From IMG/VR virus record IMGVR_UViG_3300020119_000126, positions 1 through 64,000 of that record: a DNA stretch of 64,000 nucleotides, one strand, 5' to 3'. The stretch comes from a virus. How positions within the stretch are numbered: the first letter of the stretch is position 1; every line of letters starts with the position of its first letter. The notes beneath the pieces are model-generated. The model saw nothing but the letters and a program-made list of their open reading frames with translations. It did not search any database and was not told the origin of the DNA. The translations under genes and the position numbers were made by a program. This document shows positions 50,301 through 57,666 of the stretch, in pieces.

Positions 50301-50356
50301 AGTTCATTGACGAGGCGGTCAGCATAGCGGTCATGCAGTTCCGGGGTTAGGTCCAT
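38363..50356 (-). CDS. 3997-aa tape-measure polyprotein with putative two-barrel RNA polymerase, M41-like protease and PD-(D/E)xK-like domains; palindrome copies 12 and 13 at 40076-40089 and 45669-45682
   Basis: Follows tail tube and chaperone genes; C-terminal FAEGGYTG...GTVHKGEYVIP; RSP (aa 1106), GGDFDKD (aa 1152-1158), HEIGH (aa 1635). Confidence 0.85.
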   Translation of the reverse strand: MDLTPELHDRYADRLVNELEGIGVSGEQARQLAHSGIINQYGQEAFEHIKRDPSIIPEPGVRSHIRSKLASQTALAVKKGIQAGYLHPDVVNPVLSRMHNDTLPEAERQAAYVSLRSQLSYLHANGPYSLENARRTVGWQQEQIDRLKKTRTEVLEPLINNLNKRPGVGQVKIDDAITFVGNQPHVAVSYFDAQGNQRWTQNVAVLKTGEYMDDQGQVQERRQLYANGYAMLPVMTLDARGNQVVGYSTAEMDAGGNITDPNSFREVKGALAGNMAYQRASVQNILLGGGLPGHVAQIEVDEQGRDTFTKKPINDLKQRMTYASHRSRSSDDVVSRINFEEYLPPAAASTQNKYVVDTRIAHDVNFGAGGVPNYLDLNEVRKQIKEDPRYQVPDYARKWLYARNPDTNERYSAVASPRTIAGNIGYTRNSDMQTIKSVFDAPGGTIELNEFGQPMTMYDIKGIKSDLTKKSDPAKGLKSQQLGGRPMAEFYDRQTGQELPLTSSTRITTSYGNQGLTGYLMDAAVIHYGSLDTDGGVVVDPRLGVQRRASLDLYAGIEGETLDQLNKMAGNWLRTGRDTTLNPGTPKEITLGRGFDEAYINRIDTLNSQVGYVERGAPFDTDMSGTKAFATWNRSAREQYNADLVYNKINDPQAFAFSALNALATSRPEEYMTLMYAQFDKGIREKYLRGNEQLSNAEVSQMLSRPAWDRSLMQDYEGSVQWSGRNREVFRGAFEDLIANRTRVELHTRTVSQDMLPLFAPGEMLNKQHQAMQQNYFGSLLPSGLVQNVEYGQNNQAQITIRQAVTRLPLLTRPEAKIAGQGGTVNTQDLLALTRSVADNPAVHDRLSRFGAAGAQRKADVLYAAAINEGAGVEGMGADQYVVPGNAPYSSLEAFGNRFEEIKASGATNKLELQLQAYQEHILGGSNKFSVISTTLEGQRRGFFMPTPESIMGMVRDTDDDRASGEATSIIGALNESVLMALRSRKRGLSGGLDYNKIARGAVEAVSKLASREATRDSVIGRRGDAAAHLPVGGDPMMTAGLAGMSSHRYREYIKANLKELGHDLSEQDLTNLIKAKEHEFLGAVHQVGLVGALDAGILPVAPIFRSPHMTLKQASYTSIMSEGLSRRLGLSDMEFNEDQLMISPLDQFKQGGDFDKDTTTIGPAMVTLRDGKLVSIQRPTPHAEILAASLDPNHPAGQAGTWLEIQNTDYGGLTISGIANTIANKQNSATAAINVLGQGTQDTATAKAAMGQIFNMTFGMRAWYKTLGNNEAALTASENFRAYQYQTVLDTKPLDPAGAELLKLSNESLGTFFPDLKGKVDYTNLSSDRSVSNKLIQAFLVNKKENMTAQDIARLMVPVDQNSYEKTLIEVTRHVEDFRNGDSSASGKISQLLGSGVALGNSFASYFTGKMVLNQITKEVGQNFTTKEKQREYLPYDVATFFTKERFGSQQRADRYREIAAQAARLELAVGTGGLYGSGEMSATDLMDALYHNKEFFPTGEAGNEAIQRAAQLVHLKGSTFDDPLAKYAQRAVDLRNKVGKPTSKGVAWDFGKAPQDFGMPNVAEPTAPVDVIDFSNIRAAALNPNRLSDATRQRYREQIEESYKNLDFRDKLHELLPVRPEHPILGALSTGVHEIGHALVAEFLTPGSLEGISIGSERDAELSRKGAAIVTVTSDRKAQAKRLLAGVAAEMAVSGIESRALSHRSDIMTWALTTQLITDPIQLSQEHVDLFYESAQELSAVFARQIDQIKTAATTFFEQPWSKGQAFPTAFATALTGMQTKAPVEPMVMAADLPPDPGDWAEFSASFNAGMGAPPTQPGRMNVDRGQMMPRAPYSEESYARFHVPAYALTAEAAMETLLGAGEMGGVSLARAVGRTVLRVPFQSEKMGKSKSGAPIWQSDPSGFGHEIAAQVLGLKPGTMNGIARSKKQSLYFDPSGEKFTGGLNIGGVWVNGQAAWYDQENNSVWNLTFSDMSDPEDQVRHTRQLNAYMAGTGASSATTAFLDFETFANHLKGAGVSETEFAEHFTDGRKFKAWVGKNPDRRKKVISAMQAAYAATKNRKETTTAEPLVLAQAASELKPIVEQFAAAQGPASFYTTSHDGKSTVWDGSTPDHPAIPMLSNMPNNASPEAIAAMQAELGIEAGNNMDMDWAAFQQGFDTNTTTADVMANILGQQTSAAAMPPGAGNMPPVPPMPPVAGGAMAMPPSGPGFPNSKANAFWTRLAPDLPGRSMLNKTTIALGGLAMGDINTDDPNSVQGAMSSRFARAATLAGQSQLSLEEARELKRTGKYIKTVGKGLGMAGQVWRTAHRAAWGVAQEVAEQKYGYDGSTRFSQWMAETKKNDFGAYKNLYREARNLAVERGALTEQWGSADDPTGERTYGWAEKILDDYGYLKHDPSQYDINEKTGTAYDYGSGQTVPADSINTPFENLDAMFQGGSLEARAEGVITSGQKSDKPPKMVTESQRDAALKAAGILAPQGGHATLQAELATLTSAMGQGKLGTDQSKRFKAIANSLRGYFKSAGLAVASQAGGNNDPMAAAITGLNVNAGDAYGAYQQMFGSDINGQATGNPALLQQFMQNQQQAGVAKTPENDRAGMRKFGTDQSVATLQAQVGSLDGVNKNLTDIAKSFLGLSDAAGKASTSTGRLTEEQMKSVDVSAKMYASLTSTLRDAEDMVKQGGAGGAMAQAVLDRHANVWQNGEAIGGLARTEDRLFGRADATGARGGGLYNRMLAQKYEGLGDMDVEPDFREKLAPFMAGGRSGYNARKEARANGWYGQDGSLGRLAWEVGGSALSTLNSSVMGYRMFRNIAQETVGPLQQAAELYGKTDTSQIQQLQAAGMGSLYQPTSRQDARTQISNAQLAQQLSIGKMFEGTWQPLVGSLAQVGTGGFLGELASIGGPALAAGMGVGFATKSPTAGLVAGGTAAALGVAGMIHTAATDRSTRMDLLGSDAWSHPIENVGTVLAGLADPNQKQADYAAIFAAQSASRGQTGLASNWMQSSSLNAGLYTIGPDGKPKYGSEMMQRITQGYISEHGELLGQYDATAQFAGTVQAEAIFGGIPEDRLRGRGARGGAAGNDYANFGNVAQLFAAGKQYGFDAAGIMGGVAFAQGGPQASTYGSKAYQTAATAVTGLSIAQQQQLGFFSGQAQSTQQQQYAAGQQIVNPLDLLNQFTANPGSMRDILGGIQQSGAWAQYGIDYQSQFNDSTKGDLWGNILNSVRTSDPAQFQRLLGRTGMKAGMTNQLQLGRGMDTTSAGNMGASYVLNAGEMSTGNMQQGWNYLNNINAFDQTQSSGDINHIGLSYATLQMRGLDPEALAQARAQMAGKGTSDDAAMYQYRVNAINQMNGMTGTAGKNLTVATAYAGSYNAFARQTGLTSTNEQTFMGLNTEQQQGILQGAQMFGGMANAGLGFNDQSSAAFQGVRRAELSGDYALANRIGRQAQGAFNTYAGYTRYGNANPATMQAFDSFAANASGQDFAFGMAVVGGDPIANSIAADRGMVGNNRRLVQTGSRGGSLGMQAGYDERITGDIASQRAGIASSQRMVTGNSLYSGSQLSSMNQVQLTTAMNAEQYKVREYDFNLAQVDLNRQVRSTQANWGFEDRGVAQQRAQQDWGFQYQGQQMALQGQQMNYNLNYQQQSMQIQRSHQVSEQQWGLQDMAFQRNVSEVNFGFSMIDADESVRYSRGRERRVAMRHRDEAVVQHSMQMGHLDTEEERAKTRIKWGDEQYKRDEQHFQQDKQFQVQNFQLAQQNYQKQIEFAHEERQLDDEKRRFNRQITQEELTQAQQSLTFHQAEKRAIDDLAGSITAANTLYSQNAAALQYVSTTGQGAITTLGNVAAKLQQLASAPMPSGSGSYAGTGGATVVPSGGALVAGADGQWHVQSTYNSPTITQQPMGITAVSHPDGTTSYHGFAEGGYTGSGSKYQAAGTVHKGEYVIPQAGAPVVMSPEQTELLKEIRDLLKVIHSEGANAIIMVPDSKPGKAISTISNMYDKTWSQ

Positions 50357-51100
50357 TCGCCTGCTGCTTCAAGAATGCTTCAAATTTACGTTCGCCGGAT
50401 AGTGCCGCCTCTAGCATGACGCACAGACAATACGGTTGGTCGTAATATCCGCCTTCAACTAAGAGGGGAAGCCCACCAGTGGGGCCAGCAAACGTTCTGA
50501 GCTTCCTGAGCATGAGATATTCTTCAGGGATGGGTAGTTCTTCCGCCAACATGAGTTGACGCCCCGCATCATCAGTTTTGGCTAAATCGACCTGAAACGA
50601 GAGGTGAGCGTAGACCTCTCGTTCAATACGATACTGCTCCTGGTCGATTAGCCCTTCCAGTTTGGGTTCCACTGAGGATTCACCTGTAGAACCGCATCGT
50701 GGATAGCTTCTGCCCATTCTTCGGGCAATAAGCCCCAGGCATCATTGAATTCTGCCTCAGACATGGATAAAACCATCTTGCCACCATCTTTGCGATAGCG
50801 GAATAGACTGTGGGTTGCCGCACCATCAGAGTCAGGGGGAGCCTGAATATTTGAGCCAGCCAGGGTCAGGTAGACCTCAAGGCGCTTTTGCTCCTCAATG
50901 CTCCAACGTTGCTTGACCTCAACTTCCTGAGTGCCAGAACGGAAAATACGACTGGCATCAGCCGTTAGTTCTGCCCGACGCTCGACCTCGCGCTGAGTAG
51001 CCTGACGGACTTCAACATAAGTATCCTGATCCGGGTCAGACTCAGTATCAAGGGTGAGGAAGATTTTCTTCTGGATGGGCAGCTTTAAAACAGCAGGCAT
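50331..51100 (-). CDS. Tail assembly chaperone (G form 50648-51100; GT form by -1 frameshift to 50331)
   Basis: Slippery heptamer C CCA AAC at 50660-50666 just before the stop; -1 frame open (KLEGLIDQ...). Confidence 0.8.
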
Positions 51101-51166
51101 AATAAACTCCTACAAGGTGATGTCTCACCCTGTAGGATATGAAGTTTTGTCGTGAGGTTTGTGACG

Positions 51167-51562
51167 CTATTCGGTGTAGTAGCCGATAGTATAGTTGTGA
51201 GCGTTCGCGCCACTCAGGTTGAGAATGAGGGCAGTAGCAGCAGTTAACTTAGGCCGGGCATCGGGCGGATAGACCCGGTCACGACCATAACCTGCTGTCA
51301 GCAAGGTTACCTGTTCGATAATTGCGCCACTGGCTCCATCAGACAGTTTTGACAGCGTAGAAACGGCTGTCGCATTCTGAATTGAGACATAGACCAGGAC
51401 AATCCTGACTCCTGAAGCCGGAGCCGCAATCAAGGAGTTATCACCACTGGAAGCAGCCTGACCAGAGACATAGGTGATAGTCTTTTGCTCTGGCGTGGTT
51501 TGAAGACTGCCATTAGCACTGGCAGTCACGAGAAGGTTCTGAAGACGGTCAGTTGTACTCAT
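51167..51562 (-). CDS. Small virion beta-sandwich protein
   Basis: 131 aa, directly after the tail tube gene. Confidence 0.6.
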   Translation of the reverse strand: MSTTDRLQNLLVTASANGSLQTTPEQKTITYVSGQAASSGDNSLIAAPASGVRIVLVYVSIQNATAVSTLSKLSDGASGAIIEQVTLLTAGYGRDRVYPPDARPKLTAATALILNLSGANAHNYTIGYYTE

Positions 51563-51565
51563 GGC

Positions 51566-53374
51566 TTACGGCTCCGAAGGAACGGTGTAACCCGTTGTGT
51601 TACCGTTGATGAGAATGAACTCACAGTAACCCGCCGCATCATAGAGAACCGTACCAATGATTTCCAGCATGACGATGTCACCCGCCCGTAGACGGATAGG
51701 CAGCGGTTGCCAGAAGACCTGGTTGGCTCGGATACGCAAGCTATAGGGTGTCGTGGTGTTCGTGATGCTGAAGGGACTCTCTACTTCAAGGTCAACCGCA
51801 TAGTTCGAGCCGCTGGTTGCGGTGATGAATGGCGTTGGTGTCCAGGCAGTCGCCTTGAGTTGGTTACCAAATAGATAGTTGGCGAGATTGGCGTCCTTCC
51901 ACTTATAGCTGAAACGCAGGGTCAAGGCACGAGTACGGGTCACCACATCATCCATGAAGTAGCTACCCACGACCATTTCCTCGCGGGGTGTGGTTGTGAC
52001 GTTACTCATCTCGACAATAACCTGAGTGACAGGCAGTGGATTAGGCAGCCCGGCCACAGTAGGCAGACTGAACGTACCCTTGCAGGCCAGAGGGATACTG
52101 CGGAAGTCTTCAAAGCTATTGCCTGCCCACACTTCGGGATGATTGTCGTATTCAGGAACACGACCCATCAACTGCATCATCATTTCAACCGGAGCCGTGG
52201 CTGCTACAGTCGTGCGCAACAGATTGACCTTGTTGTCAAAGCCAATCACGCCCTGACCATAGACATTGTCACGCCCAGGGATCATCTTACGAGCCGCAAT
52301 CCAGGGCATGTTCGCTTCGTTGGTCTGGAAGGTAAAGACATGCTGACCAACACCCGTTGAAGGATTAGTGGTCGTTGCCTTGCCAAGAGCAGCCAGGAGC
52401 AAGACACCGATACTGTCCTGCAAACGCGGCATGATCTGAGCGCCACCTGCCACAGCCACGCCTGACTTATAAGCGCCCGTTGGCGTCATGGTACCACCCA
52501 CTTCTAGTGGGATGGTTTCCTGCATCTGGCTTTCGCCATAGTCTACTTCGCGAGTACGCAGTCTCCACCAGGTCAACTGATTGCGGTTAAAGTCCTTGGC
52601 CGCATAACCACCCAGGATACCCAGGGTCACAACTGCTGTCGCATCGACGACAGTTTCATATAGGGGTACCGAGTTGGCAGCCACCCCTGTGGTCACAGTG
52701 CGGAAGCTGATGATGGTGCCTTCATAGGCAATACTGGTTACGGCTGAGTTAGAAGCCAGACGTGTAGCAATCGTCGCAGCCAAACCAAGGATAGTGCTCT
52801 GGCCTGTCGCTGTGATGTCGATGTTATTGCCAGTGTTGCTGCTGGTTGAGAAGGTATAGGTTGTTGAACCAACGACCAGGGTTTCAGTGTTGAGTGGCAT
52901 AGCAGCAATCGCTACGCGGCCAAAGCCTGCACGCAGGTCACCACCATTCAAGCCACCTGTGAAGGTTGAACCTGAAAGGGTAATAACCGAGCTTGACTTC
53001 GCCAGAGTGAAGGCATTACCAGCCTGACCTGGTATCCAGGCTTCGAAGAACAGAGTCGTCACACTACCAGAAGCCGTGACATGGATTGCCGGGCGAGTAG
53101 CCGTATAATAGCCACCATTGCCTGTACCCTTCATGGCTGACACGGCATTAGCCAAGGTGTCCGTCAGAAGTGTACCAATGGCAATATCATTGGCCGCAGC
53201 CGGGGTTGTCTTGAAACGATAAGCGATGCCATTGACGGTCAGTGTGTCGGAATCGGCTGGATTGGCTGAGAACGTGGCATAAGCCTGAGCCGCAATAGCT
53301 TCGGGCTGACCATCCTCATACTTGCCATATTGGAGAGCAACAGCGAATTCGCCTTGCTGAGTAGTAATCGTCAT
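51566..53374 (-). CDS. Major tail (tube) protein with N-terminal inserted repeats
   Basis: LLLAALG...HVFT tube-like core; duplicated ~115-aa module. Confidence 0.72.
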   Translation of the reverse strand: MTITTQQGEFAVALQYGKYEDGQPEAIAAQAYATFSANPADSDTLTVNGIAYRFKTTPAAANDIAIGTLLTDTLANAVSAMKGTGNGGYYTATRPAIHVTASGSVTTLFFEAWIPGQAGNAFTLAKSSSVITLSGSTFTGGLNGGDLRAGFGRVAIAAMPLNTETLVVGSTTYTFSTSSNTGNNIDITATGQSTILGLAATIATRLASNSAVTSIAYEGTIISFRTVTTGVAANSVPLYETVVDATAVVTLGILGGYAAKDFNRNQLTWWRLRTREVDYGESQMQETIPLEVGGTMTPTGAYKSGVAVAGGAQIMPRLQDSIGVLLLAALGKATTTNPSTGVGQHVFTFQTNEANMPWIAARKMIPGRDNVYGQGVIGFDNKVNLLRTTVAATAPVEMMMQLMGRVPEYDNHPEVWAGNSFEDFRSIPLACKGTFSLPTVAGLPNPLPVTQVIVEMSNVTTTPREEMVVGSYFMDDVVTRTRALTLRFSYKWKDANLANYLFGNQLKATAWTPTPFITATSGSNYAVDLEVESPFSITNTTTPYSLRIRANQVFWQPLPIRLRAGDIVMLEIIGTVLYDAAGYCEFILINGNTTGYTVPSEP

Positions 53375-53394
53375 GATGAAACCTCATTGACCTA

Positions 53395-53408
53395 TTCGGT
53401 ATGCCGAA
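53395..53408. repeat. 14-bp palindrome copy 14 (TTCGGTATGCCGAA), upstream of the tail tube RBS
   Basis: Read directly. Confidence 0.95.
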
Positions 53409-53437
53409 TTCTCAGCCATGTCGAAGCGGGACGGTGA

Positions 53438-53986
53438 CTAGAGAGTTTTTCCGGTTAAGACCTGGAACCATATCTTGCCGTACCAGATGAATTGGCCTTC
53501 GCCACCCCCTTGGGTCAAGGTCGAAGACATCACGCGAGTTTGAAGCGGTTCCTCGCCAAATTCATCAATTCCAAGGGCTACCGGAGCCAGAGCGACAGAG
53601 CGCTCGGCGCGAGAGATAATGACAGCAGCTAACTGGCGGGCGTTGTCGCGGGTAATTCGTGTGCTGAAGAACATTTCTAACTGCACGGTGAAACGGCGAT
53701 ACCACATCTCACCACCCCCTAGTTCATAGGGCGGCGGGTTGTGCTCAGCACCATTGGCATTCGGGACCACAATCTCGTGTCGCCATTGTCCATCGGCGTC
53801 GGGATCATTGGGGAATGTCATAACACTGACCTTGAATCGAGTCGGGTCATCTTGCAGTAGACCGGGACGAACTAAGCCTGCGCGAGTTGAATCACTGGTG
53901 TCAACATCATCTTGTAGTAATTCCGTCAAATGATCATTGACGCTTTCAATAATCATATTAATGATGGCATCAGTCATCGAGGCCAC
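53438..53986 (-). CDS. Tail terminator/completion-like protein
   Basis: Synteny and size. Confidence 0.55.
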   Translation of the reverse strand: MASMTDAIINMIIESVNDHLTELLQDDVDTSDSTRAGLVRPGLLQDDPTRFKVSVMTFPNDPDADGQWRHEIVVPNANGAEHNPPPYELGGGEMWYRRFTVQLEMFFSTRITRDNARQLAAVIISRAERSVALAPVALGIDEFGEEPLQTRVMSSTLTQGGGEGQFIWYGKIWFQVLTGKTL

Positions 53987-54083
53987 CTTTCACATAACTC
54001 ATCAATAGTTTTACAGAGCCAGCGCCAATGGCACCTGAAGATAATGGTGTCAAGACGGTCAAGAAGAAAAACTATCCACCATT

Positions 54084-54785
54084 TCATCGTTGGGGCTTCC
54101 TGGGGTTAAGTAGATAGAAGCTTTCGCGATCCTGGGGTGCAATCTTGGACAACACCCGTTGAGCTTGTTCAATGAACCACTTGGCCTGCTTCTGCGCCGG
54201 GTTATGTTCAGGATTACCGCTGTCTTGCTTACGATTCCACTGCCGCACGTTAGCAGCCTGCACACTGATTGGCTCCATTGCCATGGCTGCCACCAGGTAG
54301 ACGAAGGGCTGCTCCATCCACTGCGGAAATTCCATCAGGTCATCATCCTGTTCCGGGGGATGCCAGATACGAAAATAATTGAGCACCAGTTTCTGTGAGG
54401 CAGAAGGAGTAAAGCCAAGGGTCAGGTTGCCTGTCGGCCATTCCCAATAGGCTTCACGAGGTAGGCCAGTCACATCAGTCGGCCAGCTTACTTCGGGCAA
54501 GCGTTTATAGGGTGGAATGAACCTTGTGGAAGATGTGTCTACCAGAGCGACGAGACCTGATTTTTCGACAGTGTCTATAAGGTCGGAAGGCAGGACGAAG
54601 CGACTCTGTGTCCCATCGCCCTGGTAGACATATTCATCAGCCCGCGCTGTATGCTGTGATAGCTCAGCGCAGGCCCAGCGTGCGTAGGCCGCGAATTGGA
54701 GTGCGGTGTAACGACTATCAGCAGTGTCATCCTTGAGAATACCCTCTTGGATGTACGTCTTCATCGTGGCCCACGTCACGCTCAT
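54084..54785 (-). CDS. Head-tail adaptor-like protein
   Basis: Synteny; LGFTP...LNYF...DDLMEFP...FVYLVA. Confidence 0.6.
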   Translation of the reverse strand: MSVTWATMKTYIQEGILKDDTADSRYTALQFAAYARWACAELSQHTARADEYVYQGDGTQSRFVLPSDLIDTVEKSGLVALVDTSSTRFIPPYKRLPEVSWPTDVTGLPREAYWEWPTGNLTLGFTPSASQKLVLNYFRIWHPPEQDDDLMEFPQWMEQPFVYLVAAMAMEPISVQAANVRQWNRKQDSGNPEHNPAQKQAKWFIEQAQRVLSKIAPQDRESFYLLNPRKPQR

Positions 54786-54788
54786 GAG

Positions 54789-55199
54789 TTAGAGACCCCC
54801 GACGATGTTGACCGGGATGTCATCGCGCCGGACATACTTGCCTGCATACGTGCCATTCAGAATCTTGAGGTAGCCATAGGTCGTGTTGGAGTCCAGATAG
54901 ACATGGCGGTCAACGGCGAATGAGGTAGCCGCAGGCAGGTTACCTTCAAAGGTGTAGACGCCATTGGATGCACTGTAGTAAGCAGTGCCACCTGTGGCAG
55001 TGCCCCACTGTGCTGTTGCCTGGTCACCATAAGCAGCAATCACGGCAGTACGGACAGCATCTGAGGTCAGGCCAGGTGCCTGGATGGTGCCTGTGTCCGT
55101 ATAGATATAAATCTTGGCGGTGCCTGTTGCCAGAGCAGCGACAAGACCTGCAACAGTCGTCACATCGACGGCAGATGAAGGCGGGTTAGTCGGTGTCAT
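54789..55199 (-). CDS. Putative capsid decoration protein
   Basis: After the capsid gene, A/T/G-rich protein. Confidence 0.5.
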   Translation of the reverse strand: MTPTNPPSSAVDVTTVAGLVAALATGTAKIYIYTDTGTIQAPGLTSDAVRTAVIAAYGDQATAQWGTATGGTAYYSASNGVYTFEGNLPAATSFAVDRHVYLDSNTTYGYLKILNGTYAGKYVRRDDIPVNIVGGL

Positions 55200-55249
55200 T
55201 GATTTCTCCTTGGAAAAGGGTCAGGTTATTGGTCTGACCCTCTCATTAA

Positions 55250-56659
55250 CTAGCCTTGCAGCATCGCGCCGACCTGACGGAAGGACGCGCTGAGGAATAG
55301 GGTTTCCAGAACGTTCGGGTTATAGTTGCAATAGCCCTGGTAGCTATCCCACGAAAAGCGCCAGATGCTGTCGAAGTCATCAATGGGACCAGGCGCGTGC
55401 AAACGCGGCGGGCGACCAACACCCATGACGATGCCATCTGACCCACCCACGAAAATGCAGGAGTGGATGTGCAGACCCTTGGTCACATAAGCGTAAACAC
55501 CAGCACCCAGGTTGGTGCTCATGTCTACCATGATCGGCTGGTCAAAGCTCAACCGCTTGTTGGTCGTGTCGATGTCCACGATACGACGATTGGTCAACTT
55601 ACCATCGCGGAAGTCCACACCGTTCGACACGCCAAAATCGCTGGTGCGCTGAACATGGATAGACACGATGTCATTGATGGCGAAGTTGGTCATGGTCGTA
55701 CCACTGTCAAGCTGGACATAGTGCGTAGCACCAGGTTGTCCAACCTTCCAGGTTGAATCGACCATCTTGGTCGGATCATTCGGGTCAGGTGAGCCGTCAC
55801 CAGCCGCAATTGCTGCGGAGACACTGGCCTGCACCGTGATAGTGCCTGCATTGAACAGAGTCGCCTTGGGTGTCTCGACGAAACGCACGTTACGATAGGT
55901 GCCGACTTCATAGTTCAACAGACGGCTCGGATCAGCATAGGCCATGGGGGTTAGCCAATCCTTGGGGTCTGTCTGCTGCTGAAGGTCGAAGATCACGCCG
56001 GGTGAGGTGATGCAGACGATGGTACCGACTGTACCATTCAGGTTCTGCGCATAGGGCACACCACGATACTTCATGCCCAGGTGAATTTCGTTCAACTGGC
56101 TGGTGGAGATTTTGTCGTCACTGGTCAAGCCAGCAAAGCTGCTTGCGCCAGAGGCGTAGAGTTTGAAAGGAACACTGAGCATAGCATTGCGGGCCAGCAT
56201 GTCCTGCACGTCAATCATGTGCTGACCGAGCTTGTCCTGAACGATGCGGCGAATAGCCGACATATTGCCGCCCTGGTACTGCCAGTAGGTCACCAGTTCG
56301 TCGTAGACATGGTAGCTAACCTTGCCACCATAACGCTCGAACGTGATTTCCTGACCCTTGCTGTCGAAATGTGCTGAGGGCGCACTCATATCGCGCAGGC
56401 CAATGCGGTTGAAGTCGGGGTGAATGTCATACAGGCTGGTGACCGACATCGTCTTGGCGGCGCGGTTTGCCAGGTTCTGCTGGAATGAGATATACGGTGA
56501 GAAGACTGAGCGCCAGCGGTAAACATCACGCAAGACCGGATCGTAGAACATACGCTCCTTGGTCGTGATGCCTGCCCAGGGATGGTTGGCGTACAGACTC
56601 GTGTCGAATGTGGGAGAGAAGTCAGACCGTTGGTACGGTGAACCGATGATGTCAGCCAT
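55250..56659 (-). CDS. Major capsid protein (N4-gp56-like)
   Basis: YEVGTYRNVRFVET, DDFDSIWRFSW; GAGGT RBS; synteny. Confidence 0.82.
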   Translation of the reverse strand: MADIIGSPYQRSDFSPTFDTSLYANHPWAGITTKERMFYDPVLRDVYRWRSVFSPYISFQQNLANRAAKTMSVTSLYDIHPDFNRIGLRDMSAPSAHFDSKGQEITFERYGGKVSYHVYDELVTYWQYQGGNMSAIRRIVQDKLGQHMIDVQDMLARNAMLSVPFKLYASGASSFAGLTSDDKISTSQLNEIHLGMKYRGVPYAQNLNGTVGTIVCITSPGVIFDLQQQTDPKDWLTPMAYADPSRLLNYEVGTYRNVRFVETPKATLFNAGTITVQASVSAAIAAGDGSPDPNDPTKMVDSTWKVGQPGATHYVQLDSGTTMTNFAINDIVSIHVQRTSDFGVSNGVDFRDGKLTNRRIVDIDTTNKRLSFDQPIMVDMSTNLGAGVYAYVTKGLHIHSCIFVGGSDGIVMGVGRPPRLHAPGPIDDFDSIWRFSWDSYQGYCNYNPNVLETLFLSASFRQVGAMLQG

Positions 56660-56668
56660 TGTTACCTC

Positions 56669-57394
56669 TTAGAAGGTCTTACGGGAAGCCATCGCTGCAT
56701 CCATTTCCCGTTCCAGCGTAATGTACTGCTGCTGGTACTTTGGATCGCGATAATCAAGCTTCTCCATGTCATCTTGAATTTCGTTCATCGAGCGTGCCCG
56801 ATTATTGTCACGTGAGCCGAGGCTGACGGTTGGGGTAGCACCTGCCAGAAAGTTACGACGCTGTGCAGCCAGGCCCTGTTCTTCGGTGTCAGTCTGTTGT
56901 GTCTGCTGCTGCGTGGTATCTGTCTTGGTCTCATCTTGCTTGGAAGGCGTAATCTTGTCGCTCAGGCGCTTCAGGTAGGCTTCGTAGTCTTCCGGCTTGT
57001 CGAAGTCGTCCGGTGCCCGGAGGTCTTCTGGCTCAAACACCTTAAAGACATCTTTGTACTTGTCTTTAACCACGGTTGAGGTCTTAAGCAGGCTGTGCTC
57101 ACGTTCCCACTTGGTAGCTAACTTCTCGAACTTGTCTTTCTCGGAAGTCATGTCATTCAGTTGCTTCTGAATGTCCTTGGTTCCTGTGCGAACCTTGCCT
57201 TCGGCTTCTTCAGCGCGAGAGACTGCATCGTCGTAGAGTTCTTGCAGTTTTTCCTGGTCTTTTTCCAGCTTGGTGTACTTTTTGGACAGGCCGCGATACT
57301 TGGCTTCGTAGTCCACTGATTTGACGCCGTCAGTGTCGCGCTTCACCGCTTCTGAACGCGAGGCTGTAGTGTCAAGGTCAGATGTGTCAGGCAT
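56669..57394 (-). CDS. Capsid scaffolding protein
   Basis: Charged coiled coil (DYEAKYRGL) immediately before the capsid gene. Confidence 0.72.
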   Translation of the reverse strand: MPDTSDLDTTASRSEAVKRDTDGVKSVDYEAKYRGLSKKYTKLEKDQEKLQELYDDAVSRAEEAEGKVRTGTKDIQKQLNDMTSEKDKFEKLATKWEREHSLLKTSTVVKDKYKDVFKVFEPEDLRAPDDFDKPEDYEAYLKRLSDKITPSKQDETKTDTTQQQTQQTDTEEQGLAAQRRNFLAGATPTVSLGSRDNNRARSMNEIQDDMEKLDYRDPKYQQQYITLEREMDAAMASRKTF

Positions 57395-57468
57395 GAGAGA
57401 ACCCCCAAATAAAATAGTCGGATTTCTCCGACTATCGTCAACTATGCCCGACAAGTGAAACCTGACAC

Positions 57469-57666
57469 TTATATGGACTTCTGAACTTTCCTGATCAGTT
57501 CGATGTCAGCCAGGTTCAGCTTGACCTTTTCTTCCCAAAAGGCCAGTTCAACCTCAACCCTGTCCTTGTCGATGTAGCGAATGAAGTAGCCCTGCGGGAA
57601 GGACTGCAAGTCTCCCCGCAATGCTTCCCGGCGTATCTTGACCGTGTCACCGTACTGAAAGGTCAT
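57469..57666 (-). CDS. Small KOW/SH3-fold-like protein
   Basis: FQYGDTVKI...RVEVEL...LNLADIELI. Confidence 0.45.
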   Translation of the reverse strand: MTFQYGDTVKIRREALRGDLQSFPQGYFIRYIDKDRVEVELAFWEEKVKLNLADIELIRKVQKSI

